Below are positions 38,102-47,258 of a stretch of 64,000 nucleotides of DNA, piece after piece. Location of the stretch: positions 11,342 to 75,341 of the forward strand of contig CAZCTW010000009.1 in NCBI GenBank assembly GCA_964501905.1. Reading direction: 5' to 3'. The stretch is from an uncultured Thermofilaceae archaeon (GTDB taxonomy: Archaea; Thermoproteota; Thermoprotei; Thermofilales; B69-G16). The translations under genes and the position numbers were made by a program. The notes beneath the pieces were generated by a model. It was given only the letters and a program-made list of their open reading frames with translations, had not been told where the DNA came from and did not search any database. Each line of letters starts with the position of its first letter. Position 1 is the stretch's first letter.

Positions 38102-38129
38102 GGGTAGGTTGGGGGTTAGGGCGTGGGGG
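38102..38129 (+). other. Potential G-quadruplex motif
   Basis: GGGTAGGTTGGGGGTTAGGGCGTGGGGG: four G3+ runs with loops of 7 nt or fewer, inside a G/T-rich non-coding stretch. Confidence 0.4.
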
Positions 38130-38641
38130 TGGTGGTTAAGTCTTTGAGGGATGTCTGCTGTTGTTACTTTTAGAGAGGTGTATGCGGGCGCTTATCAGTT
38201 CGGCTTTCTACTTCCCCGCCATAAAATTGATGGTTTGGGCTTTTTGTGGATTATCACTTCTTGTCTTCTGATGAGCGGTCGAGGATTTGTAAGGAACTTT
38301 TGGCTAGGTGTTTGAAGAGTTTAAAGTATAGGATTTACAGTGTTTTATGTTTTAAATCTTGATATAGGGAGTTATTCGAGGTTGCCGATAGGGTATACGG
38401 CTATGGCAACTATAAGATTTTTGAAAAATACCTTAATATTTTGAACATAGTGGGATTTGGGGAAGATCGTAGAGGGACTAAAAGGGTTTTGTATGCTGAT
38501 TTGGAAGGCGTAATTCTTCGTGATTGAGAACGAGGAAGGAGGCAGATTGAGATAATTAAAAACTTGCCTGCAAGCGAGGAGGATAAAGAGAAAATACTCT
38601 GGAAGAATATACGCCAGTTGTTGAATCTTTAATTAGAAGCG

Positions 38642-39940
38642 CTATTTTGAGATCTCCTCTAGCTCTCTCTTTTTAGTTTCTTCTCCTAGAATTGTTACGG
38701 CGGTCGCCGAGATAAAGTGTACCGACGCGAATAGTATGAACGGATACAGGGGATCGCCCGTAGTCTGTATCAGTAGACCGGCTATATAGGGGCCCAGGAT
38801 TCCGCCTATTCTGCCTATGCTGTTGGCCCACCCGCTTGCAGTTGCTCTCAGCCTGGTCGGGTATAGCTCGGGGGTGTAGGCGTACGTTACACCCCACGCT
38901 CCAAGGTTAAAGAACGATATCATGGATGCCCATAGTAGTGCTTCGAAGTCGCTGGTTGCATTCCAGAATAGGATGCTTCCTAATCCTGCTAATGTCATGT
39001 AGGAGGCTAGTGTAAGTTTTCTTCCGAGTTTTTCGACAAGTATGGCGGCGCTCCAGTAGCCGGGGATTTGGGCCAGCGTTATTAGGAGGGCGTATTGGAG
39101 AGATTTGGTGTAGCTTATTCCCCTGGAGTAGAGAATGTGGGGTAGCCAGAGGAATATGCCCCAGTATGCGAGCACTATGCAGAACCAGTGAATCCATAGC
39201 ATTATGGTTCGTTTAAGGTAAATTCCTTTGAACAACTCTAATAATGAAACTTTTTCCTCTCTCGCAACCTTTGAAGTATTGAACGATATTCCCGTCTTCT
39301 TAAGTATTTTCTCAACTTCCCTTGTTCTGCCTTTTAGCATAAGGAAGCGGATTGATTCAGGTACTAAAATCAAAATGAGCGGGAGTAAAACTAAGGTTGC
39401 AAGACTAGCGTTGAACACGAATCGCCACCCTAGTGGTGGCGCTATAGCTCTAGCTAGTAGGAGCGCTATGAGCCAGCCGAACGCCCACGAGCTTTCGAGA
39501 AAGGTTATCAGGGCTCCTCTTACTTTGGCAGGGGAATATTCGGCTAGGAGTGTGCTGGCTACTACCATGTACCCCGCTGCTCCCATACCGGCTAGCAATC
39601 TACAGATGGAAAGGTCGAGCCATCCCGTAGTTGTAGATGAAGCCCAGGAGAATAAGCCCATTAGTGCTAAAGCTAGGATTAACGCTTTTTTCCTGCCTAT
39701 TTTGTCGCCGATTAAGCCGATTGTAAAAGCTCCTATTAACATTCCGAGGAGCCAGCTGCTGAGAACTCTGCCAGCTTCTTCGGGCGTCAACTCCAAATCC
39801 TTTATTATTAGTGTTAAAGTGCCTGAGATAAGTCCGGAATTCATAGAATCCAAAGCCCAACCGAGCATTAGAATAGCTAGCAGTACTAGGTGAAATTTAC
39901 CGATTTTCTCTATACGCTTCATCAAAGACGGAATTTTCAT
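38642..39940 (-). CDS. Major facilitator superfamily transporter (sugar-porter/SV2-like)
   Basis: 432 aa, ~12 hydrophobic helices. GDKIGRKK loop motif between TM2 and TM3, and AEYSPAKVRG. Confidence 0.85.
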   Translation of the reverse strand: MKIPSLMKRIEKIGKFHLVLLAILMLGWALDSMNSGLISGTLTLIIKDLELTPEEAGRVLSSWLLGMLIGAFTIGLIGDKIGRKKALILALALMGLFSWASSTTTGWLDLSICRLLAGMGAAGYMVVASTLLAEYSPAKVRGALITFLESSWAFGWLIALLLARAIAPPLGWRFVFNASLATLVLLPLILILVPESIRFLMLKGRTREVEKILKKTGISFNTSKVAREEKVSLLELFKGIYLKRTIMLWIHWFCIVLAYWGIFLWLPHILYSRGISYTKSLQYALLITLAQIPGYWSAAILVEKLGRKLTLASYMTLAGLGSILFWNATSDFEALLWASMISFFNLGAWGVTYAYTPELYPTRLRATASGWANSIGRIGGILGPYIAGLLIQTTGDPLYPFILFASVHFISATAVTILGEETKKRELEEISK

Positions 39941-40012
39941 TGGAATTATAGAAATTTATCGCTAATGATTTGCTCGAGTGACAGTTAATGTATCGAGAAC
40001 AGTGGTAGATTA

Positions 40013-40108
40013 TGGGCCCGGCGGGATTCGAACCCGCGACCCCCCGGTTGTGCCCTCGGCTACGAGCCGAAATGAGCCGGGTGCTCTACCTAGCTGAGCT
40101 ACGGGCCC
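40013..40108 (-). tRNA. tRNA(CAT) (elongator Met or Ile2) with a ~22-nt anticodon-loop intron
   Basis: Acceptor GGGCCCG/CGGGCCC, D-arm GCTC-AGCTAGGTA-GAGC, anticodon stem CCCGG/CCGGG enclosing CTCAT-[TTCGGCTCGTAGCCGAGGGCAC]-AA, T-arm GCGGG-TTCGAAT-CCCGC. Exact junctions are ambiguous. Confidence 0.85.
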
Positions 40109-40292
40109 CAGATTAAGGCTGTTTTCCATAAATATAAAGTTTACTGGTTTCGCCAATATCCGCATATGTCTTACTTTTACATATAGCGGGTTACCTGTAA
40201 CGGAAAAGCGATGTCGAGAAGTAGCTGACAAACTGGTAGAGAGTGGCTGGTATTAACGCAAATAGCAAGAGAAGAAATAGATAGTTTGGATT

Positions 40293-41269
40293 TTAAAGCT
40301 CGGTGTAGTTTCTTATCTTCTTGGCTCTTAAAGCCTTTAATAGTGAAACCGGCAAGTGCTTAACAACATACTTGTACATTTTCTCGGTGGCTCGGCGGTC
40401 GTAACGGTATGTCATAGCCGACATAAGCTTTACCGCTTTTTCATCCGCCATTAAGCCTCTAAACCTTAGCTCCTGTATCTTCGGCGAAGTGTATAGTAGT
40501 CTAGCTAGCTTGGCGCCGTAGACGAAGTAATCTCTCCCAAAGTTCTCCCACCATTTCTCCTTGTATCTTATTTAGTAGGCTCGGGTCATCCTTGTCTAAC
40601 GCCTCTTTAACCGTCTCCGCTGCGAATATGCCGCTTCGCATTGCCGGCGAGATTCCCTCTCCGAGGACGGGGTGTAGAAAGCCGGCTACGTCTCCTACCA
40701 GCAAAATTCTCTTTTCGACCGAGTAGGTCTTTTCTCTGGGTTTTGAAGGTATGAGCCATCCTCTGTCAATTTTAAAAGGTGAGATATCGTCAAGGATTCC
40801 GAGCTTTTTAGCTACTCGTAGCCCCTTCCTATAGCCTTCTAAGCGCAGTTTCCGTACTTCTTGGCCTCGGATAATATAGCCCCCATACCAACGTTCATGT
40901 AGCCTTTTTGGGGAATATCCAGAGGTAGCCGTACTTTATCCCCGTCACGCCGATGAATATGAATATGGGGTGATGCCGTATTCGCGCCTCCACTTCGCCA
41001 TCTGAGAATCCCCGTCATAGGGAGCCTCCGTCTCCCAGCATTGCCCTAGAGTACCCCGTGGAAGAGGTGGAAATCCGACATCAACTACGAGCTTTTCGTA
41101 CATGCCTGTGGCTAGCACTGCGTACCTAGCTCTATATTCAAATCCCCGTCTATCTCTAAGTACTACTCCATCCCTGTCTCTTCTTACTTTAATGATCTCG
41201 GTTTCGGTTTGAAATCGACGTCACGGGCCTAGGAGGTCCAGCTCCGACAATTGCAAGGTCATAGTTCAT
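40293..41269 (-). pseudogene. Multiply frameshifted geranylgeranyl-reductase-family flavoprotein
   Basis: N-terminal MNYDLAIVGAGPP.. (FAD GxGxxG, broken). Internal YGYLWIFPK in another frame. GDVAGFLHPVLGEGISPAMRSG in ORF 40501-40704. The C-terminal tail is readable down to the stop at 40293. Confidence 0.65.
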
Positions 41270-41558
41270 AAGTGTTATTTCACAGGCTAAAGTTTTAAAT
41301 TTTCGCAATATAAAATCGAATTTTAAAAACTTTAAAATAATTATTTCAGAATCTTGTGGAATGATACTTTATGAGAACCGGCGGAACTGATCTTTAGGAG
41401 GACGGCTATTTAGATCGTGAAGGATGTAGAGAACGAGGCAAGTCGCTGTTAATTTTAGAGTTGTCCTTGCTCATGTCTCCTTCTACAAGCACGAAGTTTA
41501 TCGAGTTTGCCTTGAGAAAGTATATTAGTGGGTTTACTTTTCTTTTGGTGGGGTTGAT

Positions 41559-41846
41559 ATGCCGAAGAAGAGGAAGAGCAGGGGTAGGCGTAAAGGCGGT
41601 AAGGGGAGAGAGGATCTAATTCAATGCGATGAGTGCGGCGCTCTTATTCCAAGGTCCAAGGCGGTTAGATATACTAAGATTATGAGCCCTGTAGATCCTC
41701 AACTTGCTAGAGAGCTTAGGGCTAAGGGGGCTATAATACCAACCTATAGAGTGACCAAGTATCTATGTATTAGGTGCGCGATCTTCAGGGGTATTATAAA
41801 GATTAGGCCTGAAGCGGAGAGAAAACGACGCGGACCAATAGGATAG
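41559..41846 (+). CDS. rps26e: 30S ribosomal protein eS26
   Basis: 95 aa. MPKKRKSRGRRKGGKG...IQCDECGALIPRSKAV...YLCIRCA. Confidence 0.9.
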   Translation: MPKKRKSRGRRKGGKGREDLIQCDECGALIPRSKAVRYTKIMSPVDPQLARELRAKGAIIPTYRVTKYLCIRCAIFRGIIKIRPEAERKRRGPIG

Positions 41847-41847
41847 G

Positions 41848-42435
41848 ATGAGGGTTTTTCTCGTCAAAGCTTCCAAAGCTTGCACTTCTTCGAATTTCAA
41901 CATAAAATCTTTCGCCGGATCTAGTGGTAGGCTTGACGTAGTGGCTAGGTCTATCCTCGCCGCCCTAAGGTTAGCGAGGGGGGTTAGGAGGAATGTTATC
42001 TTTCTCGGAGTTCTTGAAGGCCCTCCAAATCCTCCTAAGTTGCTTAAGGTTATTGGAAAGGAGCTTAGAAAGCTTCCGGAGAGCGAAGTAGAAATCGCTA
42101 GAATTTTTTTGAGATTATTTAAGGGCGAGAATGTGGAAGGTTTCTACTTGGAGAATAAGGGTTTTAGAGATGTTGTCTTAGAATTTGTTCAGAGCCCATG
42201 CACTGTTGTTTACTACTTGGAGAGGGATGGTGTGGATATTAGAGAGGTTATTTTCCCAAAGGATAAAGACCTAGTTTTCATCTTGGGGGATCATATAGGT
42301 TTGGATAGAGATAGCGAGCTTTTTTTAAGAAAACTAGGAGTGCGAGTTATTAGTCTAGGTCCAAAGGTTTACTTTACTAGTCATTGTATAACGATGGTAA
42401 ATGAGGAGTTAGATAGACGGGAGTTCCTTTCTTAG
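41848..42435 (+). CDS. trmY: tRNA (pseudouridine54-N1)-methyltransferase TrmY (SPOUT)
   Basis: 195 aa. SSGRLDVVARSILAAL, GPPNPP, C-terminal SHCITMVN. Matches my memory of the Mj1640 family. Confidence 0.8.
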   Translation: MRVFLVKASKACTSSNFNIKSFAGSSGRLDVVARSILAALRLARGVRRNVIFLGVLEGPPNPPKLLKVIGKELRKLPESEVEIARIFLRLFKGENVEGFYLENKGFRDVVLEFVQSPCTVVYYLERDGVDIREVIFPKDKDLVFILGDHIGLDRDSELFLRKLGVRVISLGPKVYFTSHCITMVNEELDRREFLS

Positions 42436-44508
42436 ATTTACGTCGTTTATTTTTACACGCCTCAAGTACTCGTCTCTCGCCGGCCTTGGAGCACGCTCTA
42501 AAGGGCGGTAGTCGATTATTATCTTGCCATAATGCACTATGTAGGGTTTAATTGAAAGGCAGTTCGGGCACATATCGGCGTAATAGGAAGTTCTATATCC
42601 GCAATATCCACACTCCGTGTAGTCGTAGGATAGGCTTATGATTTTTAAGTTTGAGTTTAGGAGTTTTTCCAAAAGCGTTTTAAAGCTTCCAGGGGTAGGA
42701 AATGGGTTGCCAAATTCTAAACTGAAGATACTCGGTATTCCAGTTTCTTCGAAAAGGAGTTTTTCTCCTAAAATTCTGGGCTTTATTGAACGAGACGCCT
42801 TAGAAAATGGGCTTAGTAGATTAAAGCTTTCAATCGTGGGGGGAGAGAGGTTTAGTTCTCTAGTTTTATATTCTAGGGCTCTATGGTTAACTTCATATAA
42901 ATTTATGTCAGAGGATGAATAACATACAGCTATTTTCTTTTCCAAAGATTCTTCAAGTTCGGCTTTAAGGTTTTTAAGCACTCTAACTACAGATTCATAA
43001 ACGTATTTTGTTTTCAAGTCTAATTTCTCCAACAGTATGCTAGTCGCTGTTTCTCCTCCTAAAATGGAAAGGATATTTATCAGCTTCACTGAGGCAGCAT
43101 TTACATGCCTCGTTAGACTCTGTATCTTCTGGAGGAATTTTTTCTTCTGGAGATACTCTCTCTTTCTCTCAATTAATTCGTTTAAATTCGGTATTAGGCT
43201 CTTTAGAAAATCCTCGGCTATCACTCTGTCCTTCTTGGAGTATATCGCTAACACTGGCAGTAGCAGGTTAAATGAGTTCTCTATCACAGTTATCTCTCCA
43301 CACTCGCTTTCCTTCAAAACATGGGCTAATGCGAGCACAAAACTATGTTTTTCAGCATTATTCACTAGTATTATCGGAATATGCCTCAGTATTAGGCTAT
43401 AAAGTAGCCCGTATAAATCCATCAAGACGTGTCTGTTTTTAACATTGAGAATTAAAGGAGGGCCGTGATATTTCTCGTTTAGGCTTATTTGTCTGAGTAT
43501 AATTTTTGTAAAATCATCAAGCTCGCTTTCTTCCCCGAGACAAATTTCGACGGCCAATTTTTCGTATTTTAAATTGTCCCATATTAAAGCTAAGGTTTTA
43601 ATGTTTTTAGCTATAAAATCTTCTAACTTTAAATTCCTCTGTTGGAGGTAGATGTTATATAACGTTTGATTATAACGTCTCAGAAATAGCGAATGTGTAA
43701 AACTTTTCACATGTAGAAGGGCATTGTAGAAGTCCAAGAGGCATGCTCCTTTGGTTATACAAGAGGTATCCAGGATAATTGTTTCGGTTTTAAACATCCA
43801 ACTATATAAGTCGGAGATATAGAAAACGCCTGCTTGAATTAGGGCTTTTGTGTTACTTGGTATTTCGCATAATAGGTTGTAGGAGGTTAAGATTCTGTGG
43901 TAAATATTTTCTTCAACTTCAGAAAAATTCTCGCATTGTTCCAAAATTTTCTTCAATTGATTTTTCTTAAATCCTATTAAAGCATTTTTAGAGAAGTATT
44001 CAGTCAAGTTGTTCTTTAAGAGAACTGAGAGAATTATATTATCTAATTCATGTTTTTCATAAGATACACGGTTTGACTCGATAAGGAATTTCTCTATATC
44101 ACTATATACCGCCCTTATATGTCTAGAATGCATATCATACTCCTTTTTTAAAATGTTGGTGAGGGCATATGTATCATATTTAAAGGCTAATCCTAACTCG
44201 TCAATTATGTGAAGTCCCAACTCCTGCTTTAAGAGTTCTCCTTCGAGTTGCTTGAGAAGTTCGACGGTTTTTTTGCCTAAAGCTGTTAATGTATAACGGC
44301 GTTGTCCATAGCTGTAATCTAAATCGATCATATTAGCGTTTTTTAAGAAAGATAGATGATAGTTTAGCTCACCTGAGCTTTCTATATTAAGTTTCTCCAT
44401 TAAGTCAGTATACCTAAGGGGGCCATGCGCGTCTATAGCGAAAAGTATTTTTATCCTCTTCTTAGAGGATAGGGCTTTAGCTAGGGTATCTATTTTAGTC
44501 TTTTTCAT
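42409..44508 (-). CDS. wHTH + ATP-cone-like + divergent class III ribonucleotide reductase (NrdD)-like protein
   Basis: 699 aa. ArsR-type wHTH (LRYTDLMEKLNIESSGELNYHLSFLKNANMI), ATP-cone-like segment, IQAGVFYISDL (cf. NrdD G.iHihDl), C-terminal Zn ribbon CGYCGY...CPNC followed by HYGKIIIDYRP...ARDEY. Confidence 0.5.
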   Translation of the reverse strand: MKKTKIDTLAKALSSKKRIKILFAIDAHGPLRYTDLMEKLNIESSGELNYHLSFLKNANMIDLDYSYGQRRYTLTALGKKTVELLKQLEGELLKQELGLHIIDELGLAFKYDTYALTNILKKEYDMHSRHIRAVYSDIEKFLIESNRVSYEKHELDNIILSVLLKNNLTEYFSKNALIGFKKNQLKKILEQCENFSEVEENIYHRILTSYNLLCEIPSNTKALIQAGVFYISDLYSWMFKTETIILDTSCITKGACLLDFYNALLHVKSFTHSLFLRRYNQTLYNIYLQQRNLKLEDFIAKNIKTLALIWDNLKYEKLAVEICLGEESELDDFTKIILRQISLNEKYHGPPLILNVKNRHVLMDLYGLLYSLILRHIPIILVNNAEKHSFVLALAHVLKESECGEITVIENSFNLLLPVLAIYSKKDRVIAEDFLKSLIPNLNELIERKREYLQKKKFLQKIQSLTRHVNAASVKLINILSILGGETATSILLEKLDLKTKYVYESVVRVLKNLKAELEESLEKKIAVCYSSSDINLYEVNHRALEYKTRELNLSPPTIESFNLLSPFSKASRSIKPRILGEKLLFEETGIPSIFSLEFGNPFPTPGSFKTLLEKLLNSNLKIISLSYDYTECGYCGYRTSYYADMCPNCLSIKPYIVHYGKIIIDYRPLERAPRPARDEYLRRVKINDVNLRKELPSI

Positions 44509-44627
44509 TATAATTCGTTATAGTTGATATGGTTAATAAAGTTGGCATTAATCACCTATGGAGAAATAGGAACCTGAAGAAATAGTTTTTAAACCTTCAG
44601 CTTACATGTTCATTATAGCTCAATGTC

Positions 44628-45362
44628 GTGCAGGGGATAGGGTTGAGGTTGGAAGATATAGCCATTGTGCTGGTTGAGCCTCTTTATGAGATAAATGTGG
44701 GCTACGTAGCGAGAGTTATGAAGAATTTTTGCCTTGAGAAGCTAATACTCGTTAATCCTCGCTGTATAATAGGGGATACCGCTTATAGGTATGCTATGCA
44801 TGGAAGAGACGTCTTGAGAAATGCTGAGACCATAGAATCCCTAGAGGAAGTATTTGATAATTTCGACTTCGTTGCTGCAACTTCTGGTAAGAGCCCTTTA
44901 GGTAGTGGATATCATAGAAGATCGCTAGCTCCCGAGGATTTTACAGATTTAATCTCTGGCATAAGGGGGAAAGTGGCTATTCTTTTTGGTAGAGAAGACA
45001 TAGGCTTAACTAATGAAATTATAAAAAAATCTGATTTTCTCATCTATATACCGGCTAACATAGAATACTCTACTTTAAATCTTTCACATGCAGTAGCCAT
45101 AATCACTTATATTATATTTAGAAAGCTCAAATATAAAAAGAAACCAGCGGCTATAGCTTCTAAAAAAGAGAGAGAACTTCTGCTAAGTTATATCCTTCTA
45201 GTTTTCGAAAAATCTCAAGTACCATCTCATAAAGTGAAGAAAGCCGAGCTTATACTCCGGAGGATGTTGAGCAGAGCCAAAGTATCGAAAGAGGAAGTAT
45301 ACTCCTTAATTACAGTATTTAGACGCGTGTCCTCTTTTATTGAAAAAAGCCTACAGGCTTAG
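44628..45362 (+). CDS. SpoU/TrmH-family RNA 2'-O-methyltransferase (TrmJ-like)
   Basis: 244 aa, GTG start. IAIVLVEPLYEINVGYVARVMKNF, ILFGREDIGL, NLSHAVAI. Confidence 0.8.
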   Translation: MQGIGLRLEDIAIVLVEPLYEINVGYVARVMKNFCLEKLILVNPRCIIGDTAYRYAMHGRDVLRNAETIESLEEVFDNFDFVAATSGKSPLGSGYHRRSLAPEDFTDLISGIRGKVAILFGREDIGLTNEIIKKSDFLIYIPANIEYSTLNLSHAVAIITYIIFRKLKYKKKPAAIASKKERELLLSYILLVFEKSQVPSHKVKKAELILRRMLSRAKVSKEEVYSLITVFRRVSSFIEKSLQA

Positions 45363-46064
45363 CTCTATTTTATCGATTTTCAAGACGTCGTTAACTTCTA
45401 CTTCGTCGGCTTTTAACACGTTAACGGCTATTTCTCTAACTAAGTTATCCGAGGGGGCGGCACGTGTTGCGTTAAGTTTTATACAGAGAGCGTGCTTCAG
45501 AGCCTCTTTTTCTAATCTATTTCTTATTTTTCCGACAGCAACGCCCTCCGCTATTCTAAACGCTATATAGAACTTCTTAAACCTTAAGAATCTCTTTCCA
45601 TACTGGGGGAATTTCTCCTCTAATCTTTCTAATAGCTTGACTAAATCCTTCTCGTTTCTGAAACCTAGTAAAGAGGCTGTAAAAACTAGCCTTATAACTC
45701 TGAAGATCATGTTCTCGTCCACTCGCCCCATATTATCCTTGATTACCTGCTCTGGGTCGGCGCCGTTTAGTATTCGATCGGCAGCGTCTTCACACTTAAG
45801 CTCCACGGTAAATATATTGTTGAAGATATCGCTGTAATCTTGGGGATCTAGCCCTAATCCGTATTTTCCCACTAGATAAAGAGTAGCCATCTCCTTATCG
45901 AAGATCTCTATCTTTGTTCTGCCCCTAATAGGCTCTACGTCATATTGCTTGTACACTTTCTCGAGAAACGCCACCACGTCTTTTCTTTTTCTAAAATGTT
46001 TTTTAAGCAGGGCACTCCAAATATATGTACATGCCTCTATGCGGCGCTTATGAACACTGCACAT
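45351..46064 (-). CDS. Conserved-looking hypothetical protein
   Basis: 237-aa ORF, helical composition, no motif recognised. 12-nt convergent overlap with the previous gene. Confidence 0.5.
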   Translation of the reverse strand: MCSVHKRRIEACTYIWSALLKKHFRKRKDVVAFLEKVYKQYDVEPIRGRTKIEIFDKEMATLYLVGKYGLGLDPQDYSDIFNNIFTVELKCEDAADRILNGADPEQVIKDNMGRVDENMIFRVIRLVFTASLLGFRNEKDLVKLLERLEEKFPQYGKRFLRFKKFYIAFRIAEGVAVGKIRNRLEKEALKHALCIKLNATRAAPSDNLVREIAVNVLKADEVEVNDVLKIDKIELSL

Positions 46065-46084
46065 AGCAGTCTACCCAGCAATTT

Positions 46085-46618
46085 TTAGCTAGCGCTTTCC
46101 TCCACAAATATCTTACACTTTAACGGGAGTTTAGAAGAAGCTCTCCTTAAAGCTTCTTTCACCACGTCTACTTGGCTTTTATCAGCTTTGACTATAATCA
46201 CTGTCTGTCCTTTCCTTACCCTAGCAGCTCTTCCTATAGGAGTGCCGAAGGATAGCCGCATTCCATCCTGTAGCCTATCTGCGCCGGCCATCGCCATCAT
46301 CTTGTTCTCTCTGATTATATGATGAGGGTAAACTACTATCTTCATGAGGAAGTTCTGTTCACCTAGTTTTCGCGTTAGATACTTATATGCTCCTAATCTC
46401 GCGGCTTCAAGGGCATTCTGGCTTATTTGTCCGGCCTCCATAACGACTAGTCGGTAGGTGGTATTGTATTTTCCGTGAATATTGCCTAGAGTAAACTTGG
46501 GTATCTGAATATGGGGTATGCTCTTTATGTACTCCTTCCTGGTGTACGGTGGTGTATCGAACCGCCTGTAGCAACGCCAAGGTCTTCTGGGCATATCACT
46601 CACCGAGTTCTCTATCAC
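46085..46618 (-). CDS. rpl10e: 50S ribosomal protein uL16 (L10e)
   Basis: MPRRPWRCYR... The likely true start is the internal Met at 46594. Confidence 0.92.
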   Translation of the reverse strand: MIENSVSDMPRRPWRCYRRFDTPPYTRKEYIKSIPHIQIPKFTLGNIHGKYNTTYRLVVMEAGQISQNALEAARLGAYKYLTRKLGEQNFLMKIVVYPHHIIRENKMMAMAGADRLQDGMRLSFGTPIGRAARVRKGQTVIIVKADKSQVDVVKEALRRASSKLPLKCKIFVEESAS

Positions 46619-46667
46619 TAATAAAGGTTTCCCTAATTAAATTTTCCTTAAGCACTCAAAAATTAGA

Positions 46668-47102
46668 TTAGAGGTCTAAAACCACCTTTACCTCGTAGTT
46701 GGAATTCACCTTATTTATCTCCATCAGAGAGTAGGTAACTGCTTTTACTTGACTTCTAGACTCATGTTTGGAAGAATCAAACTTTTCTCCTTTAACAATA
46801 GCTCTTAATACGTATTCTTCGTTGATTTTTTCAATTTTTTCGACGTGAAACTTTGAAAATACCAATTGTTCGCTGTCGGTGTAGAAGAGAAGCTCTTCCA
46901 GCCAGTTATACAGTAGGGAGTATACGTCAAAGCCTTTAACTTCTACGCGTATTTCTACACTAGGCGTTATTTTGCTAGTATCTGTCATAACTTCGTACAT
47001 CGCCAGCGCGGCGTTTTCAAAAGCTTCCTCTAGCGTTTTTCCATAAGCCGCGAAATAGGCGTCGGCAGTATGAGGCAGAAATTTGTATTTTTTCATAACC
47101 AC
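46668..47102 (-). CDS. Archease
   Basis: 144 aa. KFLPHTADAYFAAYGKTLEEAFENAALAM...VKAVTY. Confidence 0.9.
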   Translation of the reverse strand: MVMKKYKFLPHTADAYFAAYGKTLEEAFENAALAMYEVMTDTSKITPSVEIRVEVKGFDVYSLLYNWLEELLFYTDSEQLVFSKFHVEKIEKINEEYVLRAIVKGEKFDSSKHESRSQVKAVTYSLMEINKVNSNYEVKVVLDL

Positions 47103-47116
47103 ACCCCTCGATTTGA

Positions 47117-47219
47117 CGCCGGGGCCGGGATTCGAACCCGGGCGTCCCTAATGGGACACGGACTCTCACTGGGCGCCGTTAAGCTAGGCCCGCGCCTTAG
47201 TCCACTCGGCCACCCCGGC
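47117..47219 (-). tRNA. tRNA-Ser (anticodon most consistent with TGA) with a ~17-nt non-canonically placed intron
   Basis: Acceptor GCCGGGG/CCCCGGC with G73. Class II variable arm GTCCC-ATTA-GGGAC. Anticodon stem CGGGC/GTCCG encloses 24 nt CT[AGCTTAACGGCGCCCAG]TGAGA. T-arm CCGGG-TTCGAAT-CCCGG. Confidence 0.75.
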
Positions 47220-47258
47220 GCAGTATTTTACTCGCAGCCCTGGGTAATTAACGTTTCT

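Larger units (their letters stand above)
29940..38640. mobile_element. Putative integrated, partly decayed extrachromosomal element / genomic island
   Basis: GC-richer than the flanks. The + strand is strongly G+T-rich whichever strand is coding. Cargo is plasmid/virus-like. Bracketed by tRNA(CAT) genes at 29815-29939 and 40013-40108. No integrase or att repeats found. Confidence 0.4.

Noticed and set aside
41380-41440. ATGATAC...CTGA in the spacer upstream of rps26e as a third C/D sRNA
   Set aside because: The C box has two mismatches, the spacing is 19 nt, and there is no internal D'/C' pair.
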